Position numbers and translations under genes: made by a program. From the NCBI RefSeq assembly GCF_964204645.1, contig NC_134033.1:3492131-3556130 (forward strand): a stretch of DNA of 64,000 bases, read 5' to 3'. Position 1 is the first letter of the stretch, and every line of letters starts with the position of its first letter. The stretch is from Tubulanus polymorphus (taxonomy: Eukaryota; Animalia; Nemertea). Below, piece after piece: positions 1 through 11,507 of the stretch. The notes below the pieces were generated by a model that ran no database searches, was not told the DNA's origin, and saw only the letters and a program-made list of their open reading frames with translations.

Positions 1-29
1 AGGACCAAGGCAGATAGAGAAACTAACTG

Positions 30-1055
30 AATACGAATACGAATACGAATATTTATTACACCCCATAACCATTTCCATGGTATATGGAGGAAAAACAGCG
101 TTAACAATAATTACATAAACAGTAATAAAAGCTACAAAACTTAATTAACTGGTCTCACACTTATGAACATAATATACTATTTACTATTTACAATACATAT
201 ATTTACAATACATATACTGCTGGAGGGATTTATATACATCTAGACCTATTTTGATGAATAAAGCCAAATTTAAAGTTGGATTTTTTAATACATCTAAGTT
301 CCGAAAGGTATTTATATCTAAGTGGTTTTCACGGGATTCGCTTTACGTCAATATACATAGGATAACGCCCTAGCTCTGTCGGCACTTGCACATTATGGGA
401 ATATTTCGTAACTTTCATAATAATTTTACAGAATAAGCAATGGAGGTTTTCTAGTAAATCGAGATTCTCATAACCCCAGATTTCGCAGTCATATAGAGCT
501 ACAGGAGCGACACACACCTGTCAAATAGTTTAAGTATTACATCTATCGGAAGTTTCAAACGTCTACCCTTCTGAATAATAGAAAACATGGCTCTCGTAGC
601 TTAATCATAAAGCATTTTTTTGCTTTAGCGAAACTGCCATTCCAGTTGAATTTTACTCCAAGATACAAATAATCTTCAACTACCTCTAACTCATGGTTAC
701 CAAACATAAATTTCGAAATTTCCTTGATCCTACTTTTACTTCTAGCGAAGACTAATATTTTAGTTTTATCAACATTCACTGAGAGGCCAATATTCAAATA
801 ATGTATCTAAATGTAACTGGAGAGATTTTTCATCTTCTGCAAGAATAACTGTGTCGTCCGCGTACAGAATATTGAATAGATTAAGTACAGTCCCCAGTTC
901 TGAATCACAATTCACATTCAGTCGTTCAATAGACAAAGTTGGATTACCGCGCGTGAGAAAAAACTCTTCAATATCGTTTAGAAATAGGGAAAATAGAATT
1001 GGTATTAAGTTTTCACATTGTCGTAAGCCTCTATCTGCAGCAAAGTAATGTGATG
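30..1055 (-). mobile_element. Decayed non-LTR retrotransposon fragment (RTE-X-like RT C-terminal part and 3' tail)
   Basis: Broken minus-strand RT motifs: RQCENLIPILFSLFLNDIEEFF, YADDTVILAE, NVDKTKIL, YLYLGVKFNWNG. The 3' end is AATAAA plus a (TATTCG)n tail at 30-57. Same family as 8205-9611. Confidence 0.85.
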
Positions 1056-1666
1056 TGTTACCGCGGGTTCCCGGGTTCCGGTATCACTCCCGAACTCGCT
1101 TCCACCAGCCCCCTGGCCTCACGAAGCGTGATTTCCTTACTGGCGCTGTTGCGCGTGACGTCATATATCGATTTGCGAAATACTTCCTTGTTCGGTAAAA
1201 CGTTCGCTGATTGGTCAATTTAACGGGAAAACCAACAGAAGTCTACTGACGGTTTGTTACAAGCGCTGTGATTGGTACGACCGGAATCTGGTCGGCTAGT
1301 AACGACTCCAACGACTCGTGAGGTCAAGGGGTTCGGCGAACGGCTTTAGCGTAGAGGGTTCGGATCCCTTGACGGGTGAAGATGCGTTGAATATGGGTTG
1401 GCTCGAGCCGCGGAGCCGACCAGTACGGGGAAATTTCCCCATAGCGGGCTGTCCATTGTGGGGTAGTCTCCGCGCATGTAGTTATCGCATCTTTGGATAG
1501 ATGTCGTACGAGGTGGATATTTCTAGTGAAGTAAATTATATGTACATGTATTGACCTCGATATACTTTTTATTCTAGTCGGGAGAATAAACGTTTCTTGT
1601 ATCTTATCTCTTGTCCTAGTGAACAGTTTATTCCAATTCAGGATCGGGTGAAATCTTTTACCTGTA
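1056..1666 (+). mobile_element. Unclassified LTR-like repeat directly upstream of AGMAT copy 1
   Basis: Begins TGTTAC and contains TGACGTCA, two inverted CCAAT boxes (GATTGG), several stem-loops and AATAAA (~1585). Positions ~1075-1383 recur at ~4240-4547. No clear terminal CA or TSD, so the LTR class is tentative. Confidence 0.45.
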
Positions 1667-1731
1667 AATTTCTTAGTAAAAGCAGTTGTGGAACGAGATA
1701 TTCGACATTCGTAACACGTAAAAACTTCGAG

Positions 1732-4700
1732 ATGACATCGCTCGTGAGACTGGTAATGAGGGCTGCAAGTTCGGCATCCCGACTTTCTTCTTCAACAAGT
1801 TCAATTTCTTCGACGAGGCAGTTTTCAGCAAGTGTCGCTTCGCAGAAAGAATTGAACCGGCCCCCGACTGGTAATGAAGTTTATAGAGCCGGAGGTATAG
1901 CTACTATGGCTAGATTGCCGTTACAGTCAACAGCTGAAGGTAAAAGCAAATAGAATTTCAAGCTCAAAACTAGGGAAATACGTACCAGGGCGGATCTAGG
2001 GCCGTAAATCTGAGGGGTCATCCTTATTACCGAGATGACGTAATTTACCGAGATCAACCTCGGTAAAATACGTCATCTCGGTAATAAGGATGACCGAATC
2101 TGGGTGATTGAGGGTATTCTCAGAATTCTGAGGGGCGTACCTAAAAGAAAAGGGCACTGATACAGATAACACACCGCACAAAGCCCTATGGGGGGGGGGG
2201 GGTGTATGAGGCCCGTGCCTGAAAATTTGCTCTGATTCCAGCACTGATATGAAGCCATGATTTCCTGCATTTTGAGTGACGAAATTGTGGTACATCCAAA
2301 CACTGAAGAGTTAAGAAATATTTAGAACAGAGGACAGTGCCCCGGTTATCACACTTCATCTGAGGAATAACTTTCCTTTTTTTCTGGACCCGATTTCCAA
2401 TTTTCCCCAGATCCCCGCGACGCGTCATTTTTCGTGAAGTTCCACACGAATGACGATATTTCAGAAATGTTTTATTTTCGTATTAGGTTTAGACGCTTGT
2501 TTCGTCGGAATTCCGCTCGACAGCGGCGCGTCGAACAGAGCCGGAACGCGGCACGGACCGAGGGCGATTCGCGCGGAATCATCGATGGTTCGACTCGTCA
2601 ATAACGCTACCGGTAAAAATAAAACGCTGATTTATTGTCGAAACGCCAACTGTCAAACTGTTAAATGCCCTTATTTATTGATGAAACTGATTGGCTAATA
2701 ATTAACCCTTATTCATTGACAAAATGCTGATTCATTGATGGGAAACACTAATTTTAAAATGGCGGAATAGCCACAGTCTCTGACGCGGAGAACAAACAGA
2801 TAATAAGTTTAAAATCCACACTACGTGTACAGAATTTATAAGACTAAAGCAAAGTTTATTATTTGAAAAATTGAAACCAAAACACGTAATGTTTTGGACC
2901 GCCACTGAGAGAAGATCTTCAGGCGTGTTGATTTTAAAATGCTTGTTAACTGATCGAATGCTTATTTATGATAAAGTGCCATTTTATTGATGAAGCACTA
3001 AATTTTGAAATACTCAATCAATAACTGATAATAAAATGCCAATTTATTGACTAAACCCATGTTTATTGATATAATGCAGTTTTTTTCCAATTTGTTGGTT
3101 GTTGGCAGCCATTTACCCGAATCGTCCTTTTCTTCGCTTAACCGATCTTATTCGCCGTACCGCGTATTTATTCGTCGTTTCTTCATTCAGGCGCCTCTCC
3201 GTTCGAAAGTTTACAGGTCGCCGATATCGGCGACATCACCGTCAACCCGTACAACCTGTCGAAATGCTGCGACATCATCCGCGACGCCTACGAGAAAATA
3301 TTGAACGTCGGATGTCGGCCGCTCGGTATCGGCGGCGACCACACGGTCACTTACCCGATCTTACAGGCCATGAAGGTATGGTGAATTTATGTCTAAACGC
3401 GTGAAATGAATTTCTTTGAAAATACATGTAATCAAGAACTTTGTTCAATTAACTTATTAAGTACCCTAAGACACTAATTGATTCCTCGTCTGAGGAACTA
3501 ATCTAAACCCTTAACTGACGTGGAACTAATTAAACCCTCATCTGAGGAACTCTCTAAACCCTTAACTGACGTGGAACTAATTTAACCCTCATCTGAGGAA
3601 CTGGCTAGACCCTCTGTGGAACTAATTAAACCCTCATCTGAGGAACTATCTATACACTTAACCGTGGAACTAATTAAAGCCTCATCTGAGGAAGTAACTA
3701 AACCCTTAACTGGAGAAAAAAATTGAACCCTCATCTGTCAAACTAACTAAGTTCCGTCATCTGTGGAATCGATAAGGACCTCGACTGTGGAATTATCAAG
3801 CTCTCAATTGCGGATATATTTCGATCCTCTACTAAGACTCTCAACTGTCAGGGTAATAGGACACTCGCTTGTAGAACTATCAGTTATCAAAACTCTTTAA
3901 GTCTTATAACGAAGGTTCATTCAAGAATTAAATGTTTGTCTCCTCGTCTGATCAGGATAAGTTCGGGCCGGTCGCGTTGGTTCACATCGACGCTCACAAC
4001 GACACGCAACCGTCGATCATGGGCGAGGCCGTCTGCCACAGCACGCCGGTCTACCGGGCGGTCGACGAAAAACTGATCGACGGCGCGAAAGTATTCCAAA
4101 TCGGACTGCACGCTTGGGGAAACGTATTCGACGAAGACGCCTGGGCGCGTAAACAGGTAAACAGGATTCGCTCTTTTTATTTTTAAATACAATTTTATTT
4201 TTCTCGATCGCAGGGTATACACAATCCTCGCTTGCCAGGGGTCCGGTAATGCTCCCGAACTCGCTTCCACCGGCCCCCTGGCCTCACGAAGCGTGATTTC
4301 ATTACTGGCGCTGTTGCGCATGACGTCATATATCAACACGCGACAATACTTCCGCGTTCGCTACGTGTACGCTGATTGGTCCATTTACTGGGAAATTCCA
4401 TAGATGCCTAATGTCGTTTGTAACAAGCGCTGTGATTGGTGCGACCTGATTCTGGTCGGCTAGTAACGACTCCAACGACTCGTGAGGTCAAGGGGTTCGG
4501 AGAACGGCTTTAGCAGAGTGGGTTCGAATCCCTTGACGGGTGAAGATGGGTATACACGGCAGTTTAGTTTTATAGCCAAATCGAACTACTTGAGACCAGT
4601 GAGAAGATTAAAGGCCACTTTTAAAGACTGCACCTCTTAGCCTTGCACAAGTCTAAACTTGCAACCCGCCTCGTGGGCCAGTTTCATGTGTAAGAGTGTG

Positions 4701-5885
4701 CCCTTAGTTTCTATAACAGTTTACTCGGAAGGAATCTTAACCGACGTGAATAAAGACGACTTTGTTTCGTTTTTGTCATTTTTTCTAGGGATTCCACGTG
4801 TATCCGGCGCAGGATCTGTGGCAAAAATCTTTGACTCCGCTGATGAAAGAAATCCGCGCGAAGATCGGCCCCGACACGCCGACCTATATCAGTTTCGATA
4901 TCGACGGTCTAGATCCGGCTTATGCACCGGGAACAGGTACGAGATATCGCCTAAGATTACGTTGACCTTGCCTGAAAAAAATGGCTGCTTCCATGAATCT
5001 CCCTATGACATCATGAAATAACCTCCTCCGCGCGAAAGATGGCTACATCCGTAGATCTCCCTATAACATAATCAAATAACCACTAGGTACTTCCACACAA
5101 AAGATGGCTACCTTCATAAATCCCCCAATGACCTCATCGAATGGCGTACTTATTTGGTCAACAGACCCTGCCAGAACAGTTGGCTTCAATGAATCCCCCT
5201 ATGATCTCATCGAACTATGTCTAGATACTGGCACAAAAGATGGTTGCTTCTGTAGATCCCACTACGACATCATCAAACTACGAAGTGAATTGATAGCCCA
5301 GGAGTTCGGAAAAAAGATGATTGAGTCGCCCTTTATCACCCTATGACATCAGCCTGCCTTGTAACTTAATCTATGATCAAGTTACAAAAAGATGGCTGCC
5401 GTCATAATTCCCCCTATGACATCATTAAATTGCCTAGTTATACGATGTAAAGACCCTGACCAGAAGACATAAACTCTCCAACTAATCGTGGTAATAATTC
5501 CAATTTCCTCTGCACCTGCAGGAGCTCCGGAGATCGGAGGACTGACAACGATACAAGCTTTAGAAATTCTCCGTGGTTGCCGTGGCTTGAATATCGTAGG
5601 GGGCGATGTCGTTGAGGTAAGCGTTCAAGATTTCAGTCAGCACTGAAAGGGTTAAGGGAGTCGAACTAGTTTGTGTGAGGTCCAATATTTTGTAGAAATC
5701 ATTGACTACATCATTGAAGTTCAGTTATGAATTTTCCGAAGTCAAGTGTTTTGTTGTTTCGATTATAGGTGTCTCCGCCGTACGATATGTCCGGTAATAC
5801 GGCGTTGACCGCTGCGTATTTGCTGATGGAAATGCTGTGCGTTTTCCCGGGAGTTAAATATTACGACCAGCCGCGCGAATGGTAA
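1732..5885 (+). CDS. AGMAT: Agmatinase / guanidino acid hydrolase (ureohydrolase family), copy 1
   Basis: Exons 1732-1939, 2487-2612, 3191-3375, 3956-4156, 4789-4936, 5522-5616, 5769-5885, all GT-AG and in frame. Ser/Arg-rich mitochondrial-type presequence. Motifs [50 protein letters not shown]. Confidence 0.9.
2881..2929 (-). ncRNA. Degenerate minimal hammerhead ribozyme of Penelope-like terminal-repeat type
   Basis: Minus strand reads ACACGC-CTGAAGA-TCTTCTCTCAGTGGCGGTC-CAAAACATT-ACGTGT, then AATAAA. This matches CUGANGA...GAAACGUU with G>A decay. Confidence 0.45.
3478..3790. repeat. ~48-bp degenerate minisatellite in AGMAT intron 3 (paralog at ~13800-14200)
   Basis: Repeated AAACCCTCATCTGAGGAACT...TGTGGAACTAATT units. 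Confidence 0.8.
4223..4547 (+). mobile_element. Insertion of the 1056-1666 repeat family at the exon-4b acceptor, flanked by a 10-bp direct repeat
   Basis: GGGTATACAC at 4213-4222 and 4548-4557. The body is homologous to ~1075-1383 and absent from AGMAT copy 2. Confidence 0.75.
4975..5435. repeat. ~65-bp degenerate minisatellite (AAAGATGGCT...CCCCTATGACATCA) in AGMAT intron 5; paralog at ~15830-16290
   Basis: Recurrent AAGATGGC and CCCTATGACATCA motifs. The same family occurs reverse-complemented at 21865-22310. Confidence 0.75.
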
Positions 5886-5904
5886 AACGACCGATCGGAA
5901 TGCA

Positions 5905-6245
5905 CGCCGTCTGCTATTTACGTGGCAGCCTCACTTTGGTCTGGCTGTTATTGAAATAACCAAACAAAATACACGTCTGCTATTAGCAGCCTCACTTTGG
6001 TCTGGCTCACAGGGACCTGACAAAAAAAAATTTCGGCCCCAGTATCCTAGGTACTATATATAAAAAAACTTATATAGTACCTAGGATACTGGGGTCAAAA
6101 TTTTTTTTGTCAGGCCCCTGTGGTCTGGCTGTTATTGAAATAACCAATTGAAAAACACGTCTGCTATTAGCAGCCTCGCTTTGGTCTGACTGTTATTGAA
6201 ATAACCAATTGCAATACACGTCTGCTATGAGCAGCCTCACTTTGG
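5905..6245 (+). repeat. ~61-bp tandem repeat just after the AGMAT stop codon (paralog at ~16755-17090)
   Basis: Unit CACGTCTGCTATTAGCAGCCTCACTTTGGTCTGGCTGTTATTGAAATAACCAAT... Confidence 0.85.
6008..6122. mobile_element. 115-bp foldback MITE with 8-bp TSD (hAT-like)
   Basis: Near-perfect palindrome CACAGGG...CCCTGTG. TSD GTCTGGCT at 6000-6007 and 6123-6130. Absent from copy 2. Confidence 0.85.
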
Positions 6246-7474
6246 TGGCTGATTGTTATGCCATTCCAGAAACGATGGCTGAACTCATTGAAACACCAAA
6301 ACACTTTGTAAATGGTACTTTCGTCGAATTAAATCACTAAGAAATTCGCAGGGGTGGATCTAGACAGGAGCACAAGGACAACGTGCTGCCGTCGCAATTT
6401 TCCTGTGCCCTTTTTGAAAAAAGAACGGCAATATTTTTCAGGGCACTTATTAAATTTCCTCCCGCAACTAAGAAAAACAGTTGTCCAAAATTATGCTTTT
6501 ATTCTCATAAATATCCCTCAGGTGCCTAGAAATTGTATGAAAATGCATTGAAATCTCAAACAATTTTCCAGACCTCTGTTTTCGGTGTGTGGCTACTTGA
6601 CCAGCTCCTTTTCATTTCTTTCTGCTCCTGTCAAAGTCTGCCTCTGGATCCGTCCTTGGGTCCTCTTCATCGTCTGCCCCTGATTCGTTTTTCCGCAGTT
6701 TGTAGAGTCTGAAACCGTATCGGTTTCTGAAAAATGAACCAAACTGTTGGTTAAGATTGTTATTCATCAATTCAGCTGAAGGATTGAAAAAAGATTTCTT
6801 TTTTTATTTCTAAAGATTATAATTTCTTGCCGATTTGTGACGTGCCAGTGTGCTAAAACAAAACCTGCTTTACCGGGATATACGTATTAAATCTTACATT
6901 ACTTTTTTATTTTAAACAAGATTTTATATATATTCTTGCATCTGCTGATTATTATTTACATATTTACACGTCTTGTATGGATGAATTTTATCCGAATTTT
7001 GGAATGAACAAAAAAAAAATTTCAAGAAAAGTGAAAAAATATAATATGGTAGTAAAATTCGTGCTTACTGACAGATTTTCTTGCCACTGGATTTTTAATT
7101 CGGTGAAATATTCAGCCCTCGCACTAGCGACTGAGAAGGGATAATTCAATACATGTAATTCCAAAGTTATTAGAGCGAGGTTCAACGGCAATAATATCCA
7201 GCGTAGATGAAAATCGGGACGGAACCAGGGTTTCCATGACTTAAAAACTACTTAAAACTGAAATTGCATCCGAAGGTGCATGGAATTTTTTAACTTGAGC
7301 AAAATTTCAGAAAATCCTATGCATTAAAAAACTTTCAGAAATGGACAATCAGATAGATATATAGGTACATGAAGAATTTATACAGCAAACTACGCCGAAA
7401 TTGGTGCAGTTGGGACCAGGATTTGTTAATAAGTAAATGACATGAAGAAAAATTCTTATTCACTCTAAACAATA

Positions 7475-9630
7475 CGAATAAAAGCACTTTGAAACATAAC
7501 AAACGTTATTTACAACATAGGCCCTACTATTGACACACTACCGGATGGATCTTTATACATCTAGAACTTATTTGATAAATTTAGCCAGTTTAAAAGTTGG
7601 ATTTTTTAAAACATCAAGATTCCGAAAGGTATTTGAATTTAGGTAGCTCTCACGGAATACGGTAAGTAATTTACAGTCAAAAATGAAATGTAGTTCGTCG
7701 CCTAAAATGTTACAACTGGGACATAATCTATCGGTTCTCGGTAGATGGAGATATGACAATTTATTTACAGGTATGAGATAAGACCCAATCCTGAACTGTA
7801 ATAAACTGGTCACTAAGTCGTCATCAAGCCAATTTATATAGTTTTCAAATTTAATATCATTCTTATATTGTCTAAAATTAATGTATAACGGGTTATTATT
7901 TAGCCTAAATTCTGTCTCTTGCACATGCTGATCACGGATTATACGGTGTAATTGTTTTGGAGAAGTCCCAGAGTTTACCATAAATTGTAGTTCCCAGATA
8001 TACGAAAGGCCACAGTCATCAAAAGTCTTCTTAATAAATAACAGTCAGGGGCTCTAAAACCTATCATTCAGATAAAAATTTAAAGATATCTTATAGAGAA
8101 TTGAACTAAGTTTACTTTGTTTGCACTCAATCGTTATGACCCAAAAATTAATCATTCTACGTTTTACGTTAATATACATAGGATAACGTCCTAACTCTGC
8201 TAATGAATACGAATATTTATTACACTCCAACCATTTCCATGGTATATGGAGGAAAAGAAACAGTATTTACAATTATTTACAAAAACAGTAGATAAGAGCA
8301 CTTTGAAACATAACAAACGTTATATACAACATGCTATTTACACACACTACCGGAGGGATCTATATACATCCAGACCTAATTTGATAAATTTAGCAAGTTT
8401 AAAAGTTGGATTTTTTAAAACATCAAGATTCCGAAAGGTATTTGAATTTAGGTAGCTTTCACGGAATACGGTAAGTAATTTACAGTCAAAAATGAAATGT
8501 AGTTCGTCGCCTAAAACGTTACAGGTGGGGCATAATCTATCGGTTCTCGGTAGATGGAGATTTGACAATTTATTTACAGGTAGGAGATAAGACCCAATCC
8601 TGAACTGGAATAAGCTGGTCACTAAGTCGTCATCAAGCCGATTTATATAGTTTTCAAATTTGATATCCTTCTTATATTGTCTAAAATTAATGTATAACGG
8701 GTTATTATTTAGCCTAAATTCTGTCTCTTGCACATGCTGATCACGGAGTAAACGGTGTAATTGTTTTGGAGAAGTCCTAGAGTTTACCATAGATTGTTGT
8801 GTCCATATATACGAAAGGCCACAGTCATCAAAAGTCTTCTTAATAAATAACAGCCAGGGGCTCTTAAACCTATCATTCAGATATAAATTATAAGATATCT
8901 TATAGAGAATTGAACTAAGTTTACTTTGTTTGCACTCTATCGTTTTGACCCAAAAATTAATCATTCTACGCTTTACGCTTATATACATAGGATAACGTCC
9001 TAACTCCGCTAATACTTGAAGGTTATGGGAATATTTTGTAACTTTCATGATAATTTTACAAAATAAAAAGTGGAGGTTTTCTAATAAGTCAAGGTTTTCA
9101 TATCCCCAGACTTCGCAACCGTACAACGCGATAGGAGCGACGCACATGTCAAATAGTTTAAACATTACATCTACTGGAAGTTTCAAACGTCTGCCCTTTT
9201 GAATAATAGAATACATAGCTTTCATAGCTTTATCATAGAGAAATTTTTTTGCTTTAGCGAAACTACCGTTCCAATTGAATTTCACTCCGAGATACACATA
9301 ATCCTCAACTAACTCTAACTCCTGATTACCGAACATGAATTTTGAAATACGCTTAATCCTACTTTTACTTCGAGCGAAGACTAATATTTTAGTTTTATCA
9401 ACATTCACCGTGAGGCCGTTGTCGGCGCAATATTCAAATAATGTATCCAAATGTGACTGGAGAGATTCCTCATCTTCAGCAAGAATGACTGTGTCATCCG
9501 CATAAAGGATAATGAATAAGTTAAGTAAAGTCCCTAGTTCTGGGTCACAATTCACATTAAGCTTTTCAATATACGACAAAGTTGGTTTACCGCGCGTAGC
9601 AAAAAAGTCTTATACTTGAAGGTTATGAGG
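7475..9630 (-). mobile_element. Two nested 5'-truncated RTE-X-like LINE copies (outer 7475-8204 plus 9612-9630; inner 8205-9611)
   Basis: ORF 8347-9579 carries LFIILYADDTV, NVDKTKIL, YVYLGV and the C-terminal CxxC..DELHFIFDC. The inner copy has its own (TATTCG)n tail at 8205. The empty site is seen in unit B at ~19420-19440. Confidence 0.88.
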
Positions 9631-9859
9631 ACATCTGGTGGTATGTAAGTGCACTAATATCTGCATTCCGTTTTAGAAGTTTTTCGATTGTAGCGAAGAA
9701 GAGTTTTTTTAAAGTCTTCAAAATTTTCAATCCGGTTTAAGTCCAGTGCCCGGTTTAACAAAAAGGTTTAACCCAAAAAACTATTTAATTTATTTGTCTA
9801 TGTTTAATTGAAATAGGCCTTAAATCCTATTGAGCAGGGTTCGGTTCCTCAGTTGAGAC

Positions 9860-11145
9860 CTTCAATCGGCCTTGAAACTGTTCGAGCATCTAATCCAACC
9901 AATCCTAGTGTACTGTTGTGAAGTATGGGGAGCTTTTCATTTCGACGAAAGAAACCCAATCAACTTTTACGCTCTATGCGAAGTAACCCCAGCTGAAAGA
10001 GTCAATCTAAACTTTGTTGATCTTTTGGGGGTTGGTAAACAAACATCAAATGCAGCAGCCAGAGGAGAAATTGGTCATTTTTCCATTCTGGTAAAAATTT
10101 TCCCTCTAATTATAAAATATTGGTTAAGAGTTTGCGATTCTGACAGTGCTATGGCCTTATTCGCAAGTCATACATAATTAAACTGTCTACAAACGAACAC
10201 TGATGACAACTGGGGAAATTGTGTTCGATCTCTTTTGTACCATTTCCACCTAAAAATCACGTGGGAAAACCAAGGGAGTACCGCATCTGCCAATAAAGTG
10301 GCCTTATCTCTAAGCAAACGAGCAATGCACTTGTACTCATCACAATCGTATGATTTTGTGAATGACTCTGTCTCCAACCCTAAGCTGCGGAAAATTTAAA
10401 CTATTCAAATCAAATTTTTGTTTGGAGAACTACCTGGTTACTAATCGTTATAGTCGGAAATGAATTTTCAAAATTAAGAGTCAGTAATCACAAGTTACGA
10501 ATTGAAACGGATCGTCATAAAAAAAACCAAAAATCCTGATAGAAAATAGAGAGTATGCCTCCTCTGCAAAAATGGTTCGATTGAGGATGACGCCGCATTT
10601 CCTCCTAGATTGTTCCAAACTTGGGCAAAAAAGGCATTCCTTTTTTCCCAAATCTCTGACTTCACTATATTACAGAGTTTATCATATGATGACCAGTTTA
10701 AATTCATCATGTCATGTACAAAATGACACTGAAGTGGGTAAGCTGGTTTGCAACTTTATTGCCTCCATGGTCGAGGAAAGAACTTTTTCTGATGTCTGCT
10801 TCACCGTGACTTAGGTGTATATCGTGTGGCCTTGCCCGATCGGTTTGGCTGCCACTCGATATCCTCCTGTGTCTGGGTTGAAGTAGTCATCGTTATTTGA
10901 AATAACTGGTTATGTTGACCTGTAAGATTATGTATATGCATTGTAGATTGTATTTTCAAGTTTAAAAAGTGACCGGCGGGGAGCGGTGTTCTTTGTAAAT
11001 AGCTCTAATTTTTCTCTCTCCTATTATGTTATGTTATCATTTGTCGGTGTCTCTTTGTATTAATATTTCATTGCCGTGTATGTCCTAATTTTGTAATTTT
11101 GTCATTATCCGGATGCAATAGATTTTGAATTTAAATTGAATTTGC
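9860..11145 (+). mobile_element. Highly decayed LINE fragment (RT C-terminal region) between the duplication units
   Basis: LFEHLIQPILVYCCEVWG, TSNAAARGEIG and frameshifted SKLRVSNH..RIETD / CxxC..IEDD.HFLLDC remnants. TTGAAT-like tail at ~11125-11145. Confidence 0.7.
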
Positions 11146-11507
11146 TCCAATTCACTCAATTCAATTTTTTATATTGCACCGCGCTCTACTCACGTGCCAG
11201 GGCTTTCCACAGTTTACCTTAATTGGCATAACGCTTGCTAATGAATATCGTACTTAATAGCCTAACCGAGCAGAAAAAAAGCTACAATAATGTACGAATT
11301 AAAGCTATATGTGAAAAATACGGTTAATAAGTACACCCGAAGATGGCGCCACTGTACGGTCTTTCGGTTTAAGCCGGCTGACGCCTCAAAAACTTCTGGC
11401 CCCGTTTGAGTTTGATTTTTAGCGTCTAAAACGCCGAATTTCTCAGTAAAAGCAGATGTTGAACGTAGACGAGGCATTCGACATTCGTAATACGTAAAAA
11501 CTTCGCG

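Larger units (their letters stand above)
1667..9855. repeat. Tandem segmental duplication 1, unit A (homologous to 11437-19663)
   Basis: Collinear exon, intron and 3'-flank similarity, from AATTTCTTAGTAAAAGCAG to GGTTCCTCAGTTG, interrupted by copy-specific insertions and deletions. Confidence 0.9.

Noticed and set aside
1288-1445. HDV-like ribozyme (GGTCGGC...GCCGACC resembles P1)
   Set aside because: No P3/L3 (UCCUCG-like) segment before the 3' P1 strand and no J4/2 C-x-A-A followed by P2.
3478-3790. CTGAGGA...GAAC repeats as tandem hammerhead ribozymes
   Set aside because: No consistent GAAA, stem III or NUH cleavage site, and CTGAGG is tied up in a CCTCATCTGAGG palindrome.
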